Origin: Nemertoderma westbladi
Taxonomy: Eukaryota; Animalia; Xenacoelomorpha
Direction: 5' to 3'
NCBI GenBank assembly: GCA_032718475.1
Contig: JAUCBJ010005463.1
Span: forward strand, 1-64,000
Length of the DNA stretch: 64,000 nucleotides
In this document: positions 52,367-64,000 of the stretch, in pieces
How the letters are laid out: each line of letters opens with the position of its first letter
How positions within the stretch are numbered: the stretch's first letter is position 1
The notes under the pieces: model-generated
The model's database searches: none
The model's input: only the letters and a program-made list of their open reading frames with translations
What the model was told of the DNA's origin: nothing
Made by a program: the position numbers and the translations under genes

Positions 52367-53118
52367 GGTACGTACGTACTAAAAGGTAGAACGATCTATA
52401 ACGGGCTATAACGATCTATAACGGGCTATAACTTCCTATAACAAGCTATAACTTCCTATAACAAGCTATAACCACCTATAACGAGCTATAATAGGAAAAT
52501 TTACAATAAAAAAACATATTTTAGAATGGATTTATTTTCCTAGTCAGTAATTTAATTACGCAGTTTGGTTTTTTAGTCCATAATGCTTTTCATCTTTGTG
52601 GTATCACGAAATCAGTCATTACTGCATTAGTCAGCATGCCACTAGTGTATTATCTGACTATCAGACAGTGCAGCGCGGCAGTGGAGAGGTCTCCCATCTC
52701 TCTGTCTATCCTCCATCCTGCTATCCTAGTATCCGCTGTCAGCTTCTGGTCGATATAGAATAGGGCCTACCAGGACCATAGTTAGCAATAGTAATCAATA
52801 TATTATTCATATTCACATTCATATATTCATATTCACATTAATATTCAATATAGGCCAATAAAAAAAACTTACCAGCATCAATTAGGCATACTGGCATAGG
52901 CAGATAGCAGATAGGCCTATTACCTTAATTTTTAACCTGCGGTATTTTTCAGACCACCGTGTTAATCCAAAAGTTAAACACACCCAAAGGGCGTTTTTTT
53001 AATGTAAATTTTAATATTATAGCTCGTTATAGGTGGTTATAGCTTGTTTATAGGAAGTTATAGCCCGTTATAGATCGTTATAGCCCGTTATAGATCGTTC
53101 TACCTTTTAGTACGTACC
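52367..53118. mobile_element. MULE/Foldback-type MITE with long modular TIRs
   Basis: TIRs GGTACGTAC(GTAC)TAAAAGGTAGAACGAT followed by 10-bp CTATAACnnn subrepeats (~105-125 bp). 9-bp TSD TTGTGAACC at 52358-52366 and 53119-53127. Confidence 0.92.
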
Positions 53119-53466
53119 TTGTGAACCAGGCTTTACTGTCAGACTGCAGGACTGTGTTACAAGTTTATTTGGCGGTACCGGTACGTCCGTCTTTACTCCT
53201 CTCCTGTACTCCAGTAATCAATACTGCAATAGTCAGATAGTCCAGTAGGCAGGTAGGCCTACGTTGTTGTTGTATGGTTGTTATTTTTTCTATTTATGTT
53301 GTGGTTGTGCTGTCAGGCAGTCAGGCTGTCCCGCTGTGTGTGTGTAGAGTGCAGATGCAGTTACTTTCAGACTTAGCAGCTTAGGCAGTTCAGCAGTTAG
53401 GCTCTTGCTGTCTTGCTCTTACAGTCTTAGCCACTTACTGGCTTAGGTCTACAGACTGGCAGAGTT

Positions 53467-53531
53467 ATGGCAAACAATGAAGTTTGGCTAAGATGTGGCT
53501 CATGGCTCAGATCATGCAATATTACCACAAG
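53467..53531 (+). CDS. VAV: Vav guanine nucleotide exchange factor, coding exon 1
   Basis: MANNEVWLRCGSWLRSC resembles the Vav N-terminus (MELWRQCTHWLIQC). Donor AG|GTAAGT, phase 2, in frame with exon 2. Confidence 0.8.
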
Positions 53532-55060
53532 GTAAGTCTCTGTCTGTCAGTCTGTATGCAGGTATGTCTGTAGAATCAGAGAATAGTACTGTAGTAGTAC
53601 AGTAGTAAGTACTGAAGTACGGTAGCGTATCGGTCTGTCGGTCAATCAGTCAATCTCTTCATTGCTACAATGTGTGGCTATGGCTAAGTCCTAACAGCCT
53701 AAGTAACATTCTGGCAGTCATGTCCTGCAGTCCTGTACGTACACTGTCTGACTGTAGTCAGTCAATAATAATGTTATACGGGAACCAGTTGTGAGGTGAG
53801 GGAGCAACTTGACGATGGCGTTGAGTAAATTAGAGTTTGAGTGACTCTGTTCACCATCATCTGTGGGACGACTCAGACTCACTGACTGAGAGGATCCCGT
53901 ACCAAAGTGGCACAGTTAGACAGTGGGCTGGGGAGTGGATTTAGGACGGTGCGGGGCTACAGAGTGGCAGAGTGGGGTGGGGATTGTGGGCAGTGCGGGG
54001 CTACCATCTGCCAATTTATTTCGGAAGTTGATTCAGTGAGTCTACGATTTCAATTCTCCGCGATGTTTCTAAGGAAGGTGTTTTCCTTGATTGGTTCACC
54101 AATTTGCACCAATTGGATTTACGAGTTTGATTCTCAGCCAGTCAGCGGAGGATGAAGGAAAAGCTCTTAGAGTAAAAATAGGGTTAATTTAAAAGAAAAT
54201 AATTAAGAACTTTTAAACCAATTTAATTATAGCTACAATTTCTCAATTATTTATAATCCACTATGTACTCATGTCATGAGATAAATATAAGGATCCCCGT
54301 ATAATAATACGGTGAATACGGTGCTTTTATTTGATATAATAAAATAGCCTCGAGTTGTTGCATGACCATGCAACTTTCGAACGCTTATACCTCAGCTGTT
54401 TTTCAACTAATTTAATTCGCCGTCACCCTCCCCACAACAATTCATTTATAATTAATTTAAGATTGTGTTATATATTTGGAATCTTTGCATGACCAGCTTC
54501 CTAACAGTAACAGTATCAACAAATCACTGTAAGGTTGAAGAGTGATTACGGTGTAACTGGTGCAACATCGGTGGATGCACCTTTTTTTAACGCTTACAAT
54601 GAATAAATCTTAAGCTTAACGATGATACAAACTTTCTGACTCACCTACTAGCTACTAAGGGGGGGGGGGGGGGACTGGGACAGGGACATGGAACTATATC
54701 TGTTTCAAATTTCATGCAATCTCATTAAGATTTGTAGAAAAGGATTTGTAGTAGAAAAATTTGGGGGAGGGGGGGGGGGGGGGGTGTACAGACAGATGAT
54801 GTATCTGTATATAATATACCATGACATGGTTTACGCCGGTAAGTTTAATTGAACTGTGTAATGGGAGGTAGTTTTTGTTATTAGCGGTGCCTTTGGTTCT
54901 GTATCTGTATACAAAACAGTCATTGTTCATTCGTTGGCATTGTACAACAGTCATTGTTTTAGGGACTATCACTTACGGACTTAAACGAATATTGTATGTA
55001 CTGGAATGTTTATTTAGAGTATAAAATCCATTAAATATTATTAATTTTATTATTTTTCAG

Positions 55061-55235
55061 GGATGACTGGAAAGCGAAAGGCGCATTTGGATTGGCGCAA
55101 GATCTCCGTGATGGTGTGTTACTATGCCAACTGCTGAACCTTCTGTCGCCCAGCAGTGTAGACGTCAGGAGTTATCATATTAGCCCCAGAATGTCTCAGT
55201 TTCTTTGTCTGAAAAATATAAAGGCCTTTTTGCGC
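55061..55235 (+). CDS. VAV: Vav exon 2 (CH domain)
   Basis: [16 protein letters not shown]...[16 protein letters not shown] is the Vav CH signature. Acceptor tttttcag, donor gttagt. Confidence 0.93.
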
Positions 55236-55890
55236 GTTAGTATATTTCTATATCTTTCATTATATTTTTTCCGCTCCATTTGCTATAAAGTTGGATCATC
55301 CTAAGTCCTGTTTAAGTTACTTTAGGTTAGAATAACGTGCCAATGTCACTGCAACCCGCTCCTTTCCCTTAATTGATAATTTAACATTGAGACAAGATAT
55401 TAATTCACCGAGATGGGATTTGCATCAAGTTCCCCCCCACGTCTCAGAATTTACTTGATTTGCATTTGGTATCCAAAGCCACATACTGTACATATGGACA
55501 TTGATATCACGTATTCTCAAATTTAAATTTAAAATTTCGACAAATCTCAAATGTTATGTATTCGCCGCTCACGGAATTCAGTTATCCATAAGCAGATACA
55601 TGATTGGTCCAAGTTAGCGGTGCTGCTACCCTCCAATGCAGTGTGTCTTCGTTTCATTATCTTCCTTTTCAGATTTCAGTATCAATCCCTGGCTTGGCGT
55701 TGGCCTCTTGAGAATCAATGCGACCCCCAACTGATTGTATGAAACGATTATGTCTAGTTATATTTTAGTATTTTAAATATATATTTTGTTTACATCCCGG
55801 GCTAGAATTATTTATAATTATTACTTTAATGCACTGTTAAACTGTATTAAACTTTATTTTATTTTATTTACTTTTCTTTTATTTGTTTAG

Positions 55891-56041
55891 GGATGCTCCC
55901 ATCGCTACAAAATATCAGCAGCCGATCTATTTGAACCAGAAGAATTATTCGACTTAATTAATTTTAAGAAAGTTCTACACACTCTCAGTAAACTCAGCTA
56001 CAGCAGCATTGTTGTGAACCAAGGAATTCACCCATTTTCAG
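55891..56041 (+). CDS. VAV: Vav exon 3 (end of CH domain)
   Basis: GCSHRYKISAADLFEPEELFDLINFKKVLHTLSKLS...GIHPF. Acceptor tgtttag, donor gtgcgt, phases consistent. Confidence 0.92.
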
Positions 56042-56244
56042 GTGCGTCAACATGAGGCAATAATGAGTCATTTATACCCACCGGCCACCGCATTACCAGA
56101 CCCAATGATGGACCAGTGTCAACCACTTCGTTACACATCATTCTACCCATCTTCAACAGTCTTTATTTATAGTATTTTTGTCAAAGCTGCAGATTCCTCA
56201 TTTAGTCACAGACACTGACTTTGCGGAGGACATCGACCTGTGGG

Positions 56245-56475
56245 GCGAGCGACGAAAGTAAGCGAGCTTAGCATACAGGTACCACTAACTCAATCGGTGT
56301 GTCTGTTGTTCTGTCGCGTCCAATTTTTAAATGTTAATAACTCAGCCAATCCTCGAAAAAATTTAACCAAACTTGGTACACATGTTGTTTGGCAAAAGTT
56401 TGGAAATTTTCCAAGTTGAATTTTCACGTGGCCTTCGAGAAGCTAAGATAATAGCAGTTAATTAGTTAATTAAGT
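56245..56475 (+). mobile_element. Second copy of the short repeat at 52050-52300
   Basis: Reverse-complement match, includes aaacttggtacaca. Confidence 0.65.
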
Positions 56476-57672
56476 TGATTTGGATAAAAACATCAATTTC
56501 AACCTGCCTCCTTAAAGGATATTAATTATTTTATAGTATAAGATATAAATAATTATACTTAAAAATTATACTGCAGTAATCCCCATACCCCATTCCATTA
56601 TAGTTTTTAATTAGTTTGATTAATTAATTTGGTTTAATAAATGTGATTTTAATTGATCTAAACGTAAATAAGTCATTAAAATGCCCGCGTCACTCTATGC
56701 CTCCCTCATTCCTTGGCATACTAGCTATTGCCTATTAGTTGGAACCAGTCCAATAAACTCATCACTACTTGGCAACGGGTAATTATATCTATAGGACATA
56801 GGCAAGGCAGGCACTACTAGTGTAAAGTGACTAATAAGCCAGCTTGCTTATTATTTATCTCGCAAAAAGATTGCCTGGAGTATTTTATCGTGATTCTTTA
56901 TAGAATATTTAGCTAAATAATTTCGTTGAGGTGTTGACATGATAAATGAATATTTCAGTATCAATACTATCGGCATAAGGTAAGTTTTAATAATTTTTAC
57001 AAATTGGGTTGCCTCCACAAATTTCCTGTTAATATCTCTGCTTTTCATTAATCCTTTGTGCTCCTTTGCGGTTGGGGTGGTGCAGATTAAGAGGGCTGTT
57101 GAAGCGAGGGGGGAACTTTCCTCTCTTCTTTGATTTATTCTTATAGGCGGTTTGGTTAAATTTCTTATTTATTTATTTAAATTTCTTAAGTTCCGATTTT
57201 GGGATAGAATTGCTCAATTTTAATCTGTATCTGATAACTGAGCCTCGTCCTGCGCGAAGTCCCCACGAACGTGTACGTGTCGTATACGTTAACGTTAACG
57301 TTGGCTAGCTAATGCAATATTTATACTAATTTTAGTCATTTTACTCGAGGCACCGCCAGGGGCGTCTTGGTGTGGGTCTTGTGTGTATTAAAAAAATGAT
57401 TTTGGTTTATTGAATGTATGGGCTAGGGTAAAGGAGCATATTACTGTGTTTCTAATCAAAACAATAAACTAGTATATATCCCGTTTTATATAATTTAATA
57501 TTTTGAACTCCTTTTTAACTTCGTGTCCCCCCCTCCCCCATTACTGATAATACTCCAGCTACCGTCACAATTTACCAATTTTTTATAGTCAAAATGTTGT
57601 CCGTGGCCTATAATGCGAATGTCGTCGAGATGTAACAGGAATCAGGATGACATTTCCATTGATTTGTTTCAG

Positions 57673-57857
57673 ATAACCCGGAGAGTTTTGGGTCTCGCGG
57701 AGACGAGGATGAGATTTACGCTCATTTCCCCACGTTGGCTGACGATAACCAGCTGGACGACGAAGAGGAGCCTATCTATAACGCGATGACCAACGACGAT
57801 GACAATGATGAAGATGTTTACAGCGATCTCGGCTTGATGCCCCACTCATTACAGAAC
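57673..57857 (+). CDS. VAV: Vav exon 4 (acidic region with three regulatory tyrosines)
   Basis: EDEIYAHF...EEEPIYNAM...DEDVYSDL parallels Vav1 Y142/Y160/Y174. Acceptor tttcag, donor gttagt, in frame. Confidence 0.88.
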
Positions 57858-59580
57858 GTTAGTTGTGGATCATAAAGATAAATAAGTTCGATAGTTTATG
57901 TTGTGGTCGTTATGGGACAGGGACAGGCAGGAGTGATTTGTTGGCCGGGGCCTGGGAATGTGAAAATATATTATTATTAGCCATAGCATTTAGCAAGCTT
58001 GAAACATTCAAACTACTAAAAAAAATTACGATTATGATAGGGACGAGAACAGTGGTTTCCCTGGTAATTGGAACCCAACTAACTACAGTATAATGAACTT
58101 TGAATTCCCGCAGGATATGCGGAATATTAGTTAGCAAGTCGTAAGACTTGATTACTGTAAGAAAAAAAGGCTACTGACTACTGACTGACATAGAGCAAAA
58201 ACGGCTCTAACGATTTTGATGAAATTTTGCATGGACCATGAAAATAGATTTATATGGGTACTTGTGAAATCGCGGTTTAAATTGAAAACATCTCAACTTT
58301 TAAAATGTATAGAGATGGCCTGGTAATGCATTCAATAGGAAGGGCAACTAACAAAGAAGTACTTTCTCTGCCAAGTTTTATTATCACTCTACTATACAAC
58401 CCAGACAGTAATCAAAAATTAACTGGTTTAGCTGGCTATTACAGTATCAGCTGAATAACTCTTCCCAATGCATCCTTGCTATGTTAATTAATTGGCGTGC
58501 AAGCTAAATGACAGTTAGTTATACAGTGTGTTGGCTACACAGTGTATTGTACTATGCTCTCATCGCATTATTGTTTTATTTTGAAATCTTTGTGCCAACA
58601 TTAATACTGTGGAGGCTGTATGCTTATAAGGCTGAATATTTACTCAGCCTCATAATGATTCTCCATAACACTAACGTCTTATCACTTCTTGTGCGCGATT
58701 GTATTGAATTCATGACAACTGCTGTTATTATTATTAATCAATTGTCACCTCGACTCTTCTCTGAGACTCCGACTACTCTATTCGATAGAATAAAATAATC
58801 ATTTCGCTAACTGCTCTATATCTTCTATAATCTCAACAGCTTTCATAATTCATTAGAAGATTACAACATAATAGTTATAGTTTGAAGTTGTCTAGAAAAT
58901 TTCTCGTACACCACCGGGACTACCCTCACACTAATTGATTATCAAACAGAACAAAAAGCTTTTACTTGACTCGTATTGTCTCCTACGACTTGCTTCACGG
59001 GACGCTAGGCCCGTCTCTAGTTTCATAATAAATAAAATCGGTTTCTGCTTAGGAGAGATTTTAATGGTCACTGATCTTCCAAATATCCAATACATATCTC
59101 AACCAACTAACAATTGCAACCTAACTAACATACTATTGTGATGTGAGTAATTTCCATAAATTCGTAAATTATGAAAGAATTAATATTCATAGAATAAAAT
59201 ATATCGTCGATTCCTGATAATGCTGTTGGCGTGGATGTTAACCAAAGCGTCTAATTTGATAGAATCAATATGGGATTATATTATTTGAACAAACAAAAAA
59301 TTTAAATCCTTCGGGTTACCAAGCTAAGTGAAAAAGTAAGTCACCGGTACTTCAACTTTACGCGGTTTTAGTGAAAGTCTAATAATTTTTAATCACCCCG
59401 GCTGCACTGCTGGCTTATATGCCGCAGTCAGGGTTAAACGTGCCAGACCTATCGCGTGTAAAAATTAAACAATCCCTGGGGAAATATTACTTTTAATCAA
59501 AAGATATTTGATCCGGGAACAATAATAATAGATTAAATCGACAAATAACTATTTCAATAGATAAATATAAATATTATGAA

Positions 59581-62500
59581 TTAAGTAATATTTTTTTGGT
59601 ATATTTTAACCAATAAAGCTTTCAATGAGGTTGCCCCTTTCTCTTTGGTTGACCAATGAATATGTGAATTGGTCCCTTCCGATCCATCGTTATCTGTTGC
59701 CCTGCGTGATCCGGTTCGTAAAGCAACGTTAAATGGCGCCGAATATGTGTAGGATCCGGAGTTGATTAACACCTCCAGGATAACCTTGACACCATGGCTA
59801 CCTGGCAACGGTTGTGTAGTGGTAGGCAATGAGTTGCTCTGTTTGTTGCTCGAGTCTTTGAAGAGCTCGGTGGTTGCCATGGTTTCGGCGTATTGCACCA
59901 CTGGGGTGAGTATAATTCGGTCTTCTCCCAGACAGGTGGGGTCTACTAACCTACCAGTAGTGATTTCCATTTTGCTCGGCACCAACAACTCCCGCTCATC
60001 TAGTATACGTCGCAGCGCCCCCTCGTGGGTTGCGTGGTAGGCTGTCTCCCCTTCGGTGTTGCGTGGGGAACCTCTGGGGGGCGCACATAATGGGAAGCGA
60101 CACCAACCGGAAGGGATATTGTCTGTCCCAGAGGATGGATAGCAGAACAGGCAGTAGCAGACAGGGGGCTGAGTGGATTCAAAGAACCCTTGAGGGAGAC
60201 ACAGACTCGCCTTATACCGAGCACAAAGGTTGAAGTACTCACAAGGTCTACGTCTACTACTGGGAACTCTGTTACCTACAGGAGCAATGTTCCCCCTAGG
60301 GACTATGTTCACATTGTTTCCATCTGGAACTCTGTTACCAACAGGAAGTCTTTTCATCCGATTATTAACTTCATCCTTCTTTCCTTCTGCCAACTCAACT
60401 TTCTCTCTACTTCGCATCAAGATATTTGATCCGATAGATTTTACATCACATAAAGTCTGTTTTACCATCGTAACAGACCGACACTGCCCATACAAGTCTA
60501 CAATAGGGGTCCAAACTAAGGGTTGACCCTCACCCAACCCATTGTGATGACCCATACCCAACCCAGTGGCGGCCACCCCCATATCATCTCCATTTACCAC
60601 CACATGTAGTTTGTACCCAACATCAATATAGATACCCACAGTATCTCCCATGCTCACCACTGATAGGTCTGTTCCATAATCGGCCCGAATGCGGGCGCGG
60701 TTCCTATAGACACAACCATGACCCGCCACAACCCACGCATCTTGCAGTGCCACTGCACTGGTCGCATCTCCTACCCTCAAGCAGGCACCTAATGCCACCC
60801 CAACCTGCACTCCCCCACTATACCCAGGTGTTACTTCGTCTACCCGCACTGAAACCAATGTGTTCCTCCCTATAGGAGTGCTACCCACAACAACACCACG
60901 ATTGTAACCATGGCGACGCGTGGCACTGCGATTTCCATTGCTAATCGATACATTTGCGGCATGATTACCAGCCGCAAAATCCATCAATGTGGAGGTTATG
61001 TGACTGAGAGCAGTTGGTGAGTAATCAATGAAACGAGTTCTACTCACCAACTCAACCCGTTCCACCTCCCCATAGACCTCCATGATTCCGTAGAACTGAC
61101 AGGGGGGTGCAATGGGTAGGTTGGAGAAGGCTGACCCCATGTCCACCCCATCTATCAGAAACCGCAGACAGTTGTCCCGTGCCCTCACCACAGCAAGACA
61201 ACGCCCTGTAGCAGCATCCCAGTTACCATATCCTTCCCTTATTGGTTCCCCATTCAGATGCAATGTGCTGCCACTCAGTGACCAAGTGGTAGTGCCGAGA
61301 CTGGCTACTCGAGATGGGACTGAATTGGACAAACCTGATGGGTCCACTGTGGTCAATCCAATGGAAAGTGGACCAGCCCATAGTGAAGACAGACGTGTCA
61401 TCCTCACCTCCCATATCTCATCAACTGCTAGTGGTGCAGCGCTGAACACCAACCCATCCTGGTAACCATGGCGACGCACTGCAATTGTGGCGCCCTTCTC
61501 TAGGGTTATAGCACGACCACAGCGCTGGTGGAATACATGCGGACCCCCCGATGGTAGATTATAGGCATATGGGGTAGAATCTTGGAAGCATGTTGGTTGA
61601 ATAGAGATGCGAGAACACTGGCCATAGAGATCAACAAATGCGTAACAACCACTTGCCACATTGCAGCATGCTGGTCCCATATCTACCCCATTGATGTAGA
61701 AATGCAGTGAGCGATCCGAGCTCTGCACCATAATGCCAACTCGAGTGCCCACTGAGAGGCTGTCCAAGTCGCACCTGTATTCATTAGAGACTGTCTGTCC
61801 AAGACTGACAATGCTACTGCCACTGAGCATCCAGGTAGAGACGCCTGGGTCTGTTAGACTAGCTGGAGGGAATTGATTAACAGCAGGATCTACCCTTGTC
61901 ACTCCAGCTTCCAACGAACCTGACCACCGTTCCACCAACTCTTCGATTACGATCTCAAATAACTGATCATCCTGAAGAACTTGGTTACTTAGAACCACTG
62001 CATTGTTGAACTCACCCCCTGCATTTGGTCGGCTCGCTGTGAGTCCCTGGTTGGAGATGAGTGCATTGGTTCCATGGATCAAATGAAACCGGAAGCTCTG
62101 CTGATTCCCTGGCTCCTGTAGAATCTCTGCTGTCTCAAAGTAAACCTCGGAAGCCTCTGAGTCAATGATGGAGCTTTCATCATTGTCATCATCGACCACT
62201 AATTCATCAACGATGGATGCCTGGGTTGCCCGGCCATAAAGGTCAATTACTCCATACAATCGACCTGGAAGGTTGGATGCAGCTACACCCAAACAAGAAC
62301 CATTGAAATAGAAATATAACTTACGTTCTTCAGGATTTCCTTGTACATCATATTCTCCCCTCTCCCAGTCCCCATCTACCTCATCCATGCCTCTTTCTCT
62401 CCCTTCCCTACCTACTTCACCCCCATCGATATCCTCATCCCCACACACTTCACCCCTCCCCCTACTACTATTCCCCCTCCTCCTCTCCTTGCCCCCACCT

Positions 62501-64000
62501 CTAACTACTACACCCACAGTGTCCCCCACTACTGCCCCATCAAGATTCGGCCCATAGTCATCCTTCACACAAACCCCATTGTGCAGCACCCCGGCGCTGG
62601 TCAACAACCATGTGACTCCATCAGTAGGCGCATTCGTCATTGTTGATGGGAGACTATCCAGATGGAGTGGGGTGTGCGTGGTAACTCCAACCTCCAATGA
62701 CCCTGCCCATTTGTTTACCATCCTGTCGATTCGCACAGTAAACATTTCGCTAGGATGTAGTGCCCTTGTAGTGAGAACAACTCCATTGTTAAAGTTATCT
62801 GCATCATTGATTCGAACAGCCGACCTACTTCCATCCACCACTCTCACCTGGTCTCCACAACGTTTATGGAAGAGAAGCTTATCTGTCTCACAATCCAACT
62901 GGGCGATTTCTCCATCTTCTAGTTGGTTAATGTCCTCTGTAGGAGACTCATTTGTAGTGCAAACAACATCATTATGGAGTTTGTCAGAGAGACGAATTTC
63001 GCAATTGTCAATATCTATGAAAGCGAACAGTCTTGGTGGCACTCGAGTAAGAGCAACGCCTAAATCTGCTCCATTAACATAAAAGTTAAGGGAGCCAGTT
63101 GTGGATAAGACAAACCCTAAGCGAGTCCCAACAGTATAGTGAATTGGAGGTCCATAGTTAGAGACAAACAGGTTCCTGTTTACAAATAACATGCCATTCG
63201 CCAGACTCAGTGTGCCAGAAGGTATCTCTGAAACCGCAGTTGCGGACATGTGATCTATCTGCAATGGAGATAAAACAGTTACACCAAAGCACAAATTATA
63301 GGTACCGTTAAAATCCATTGAACATATCTCAATCTCGAAGAATTCCCCTGCCTTTACAGATCGGTTTGAGGTAACCCAGCGGACTGGGCCATCCCTACCA
63401 ATATGGGATGCGCGATCGTCAAAAATTTGCACCCCTTCACCACACACCGAATGGAAACCCAACTTCTCGGGTCCCATCATGTCATGAGCCATAATTACAG
63501 GGGCCAAAGACAAACAATCAGCTATTCGAACCTCAGCGCACAGTCCGTACACATCTATCACAGCGAACACCCTCCTGGGCAGACCCTCGGCTGCGGTGCC
63601 CTGATCCACCCCATTGACCCAGATGTGCAACTCTCCATTGTCAGTTCGTTCCACTCCCACTCGATCTCCGGTTCCTAGTGAGTCCAGGTCGACTCCCCCA
63701 TACTGATCAGCCACTGTTTTCCCATCTATGAGAACCGTGTGACCAGTTACCACCCAAGTAGATTCCGGCACCATCGCAGCGCTCGCTGGAAGCACCATAT
63801 CCTCTGGTGTAATGGCGGTGACACCAACCACCAGAGAGCCGCTCCACTTTGTCACCTTGGCAGAAATCTCAATGAGAAATATTTCTCCAGGAAGCAAGGG
63901 GGATTCCCCCATTACAATTCCATTATTAAACTCCTGTAGTGTTTGGTTACGGGTTGCTGTTCGGTTACCATCCGATAGTGTCACCAATGAGCCGCAGTTG
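59581..64000 (-). CDS. NEURL4: Neuralized-like protein 4 (six NHR domains + C-terminal ART/PARP-like domain); 5' end beyond the window
   Basis: Uninterrupted frame of more than 1468 aa, open to the window edge. Six NHR repeats (e.g. EFNNGIV...WSGSL.VGVT...DRVGVERT..GELHIWVNG...IDVYG). C-terminal CYCLFC, PSGWCRF and AYHAT..LRRILD as in NEURL4. Confidence 0.93.
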   Translation of the reverse strand, partial: NCGSLVTLSDGNRTATRNQTLQEFNNGIVMGESPLLPGEIFLIEISAKVTKWSGSLVVGVTAITPEDMVLPASAAMVPESTWVVTGHTVLIDGKTVADQYGGVDLDSLGTGDRVGVERTDNGELHIWVNGVDQGTAAEGLPRRVFAVIDVYGLCAEVRIADCLSLAPVIMAHDMMGPEKLGFHSVCGEGVQIFDDRASHIGRDGPVRWVTSNRSVKAGEFFEIEICSMDFNGTYNLCFGVTVLSPLQIDHMSATAVSEIPSGTLSLANGMLFVNRNLFVSNYGPPIHYTVGTRLGFVLSTTGSLNFYVNGADLGVALTRVPPRLFAFIDIDNCEIRLSDKLHNDVVCTTNESPTEDINQLEDGEIAQLDCETDKLLFHKRCGDQVRVVDGSRSAVRINDADNFNNGVVLTTRALHPSEMFTVRIDRMVNKWAGSLEVGVTTHTPLHLDSLPSTMTNAPTDGVTWLLTSAGVLHNGVCVKDDYGPNLDGAVVGDTVGVVVRGGGKERRRGNSSRGRGEVCGDEDIDGGEVGREGRERGMDEVDGDWERGEYDVQGNPEERKLYFYFNGSCLGVAASNLPGRLYGVIDLYGRATQASIVDELVVDDDNDESSIIDSEASEVYFETAEILQEPGNQQSFRFHLIHGTNALISNQGLTASRPNAGGEFNNAVVLSNQVLQDDQLFEIVIEELVERWSGSLEAGVTRVDPAVNQFPPASLTDPGVSTWMLSGSSIVSLGQTVSNEYRCDLDSLSVGTRVGIMVQSSDRSLHFYINGVDMGPACCNVASGCYAFVDLYGQCSRISIQPTCFQDSTPYAYNLPSGGPHVFHQRCGRAITLEKGATIAVRRHGYQDGLVFSAAPLAVDEIWEVRMTRLSSLWAGPLSIGLTTVDPSGLSNSVPSRVASLGTTTWSLSGSTLHLNGEPIREGYGNWDAATGRCLAVVRARDNCLRFLIDGVDMGSAFSNLPIAPPCQFYGIMEVYGEVERVELVSRTRFIDYSPTALSHITSTLMDFAAGNHAANVSISNGNRSATRRHGYNRGVVVGSTPIGRNTLVSVRVDEVTPGYSGGVQVGVALGACLRVGDATSAVALQDAWVVAGHGCVYRNRARIRADYGTDLSVVSMGDTVGIYIDVGYKLHVVVNGDDMGVAATGLGMGHHNGLGEGQPLVWTPIVDLYGQCRSVTMVKQTLCDVKSIGSNILMRSREKVELAEGKKDEVNNRMKRLPVGNRVPDGNNVNIVPRGNIAPVGNRVPSSRRRPCEYFNLCARYKASLCLPQGFFESTQPPVCYCLFCYPSSGTDNIPSGWCRFPLCAPPRGSPRNTEGETAYHATHEGALRRILDERELLVPSKMEITTGRLVDPTCLGEDRIILTPVVQYAETMATTELFKDSSNKQSNSLPTTTQPLPGSHGVKVILEVLINSGSYTYSAPFNVALRTGSRRATDNDGSEGTNSHIHWSTKEKGATSLKALLVKIYQKNIT

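Noticed and set aside
53907-59141. Short intronic ORFs (53907, 54712, 55551, 56851, 57863, 58508, 58935)
   Set aside because: No similarity to Vav domains and no consistent splice phases. Several overlap repeat fragments.

Overview
Metazoan genomic DNA. About 1-52 kb is a stack of nested transposons. It holds three BEL/Pao (Belpaoviridae) LTR retrotransposons, a related solo LTR, several LINE relics, a tRNA-derived SINE and MITEs. About 53-64 kb carries the first four coding exons of a Vav-family gene (+). An intronless NEURL4 ORF (-) lies downstream of Vav exon 4, probably inside a Vav intron. The main signal is that the two related BEL/Pao elements have no tRNA primer-binding site. Instead, the 11-12 nt directly after the 5' LTR are the exact reverse complement of a segment inside their own LTR, with a compensatory base-pair change between the two copies. 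A third, distant BEL/Pao element shows a similar LTR-leader complement. This suggests Tf1-like self-primed reverse transcription in BEL/Pao. The same family also carries a non-env 3' extra ORF with three zinc-knuckle motifs. All alignments were done by eye and no database searches were run.
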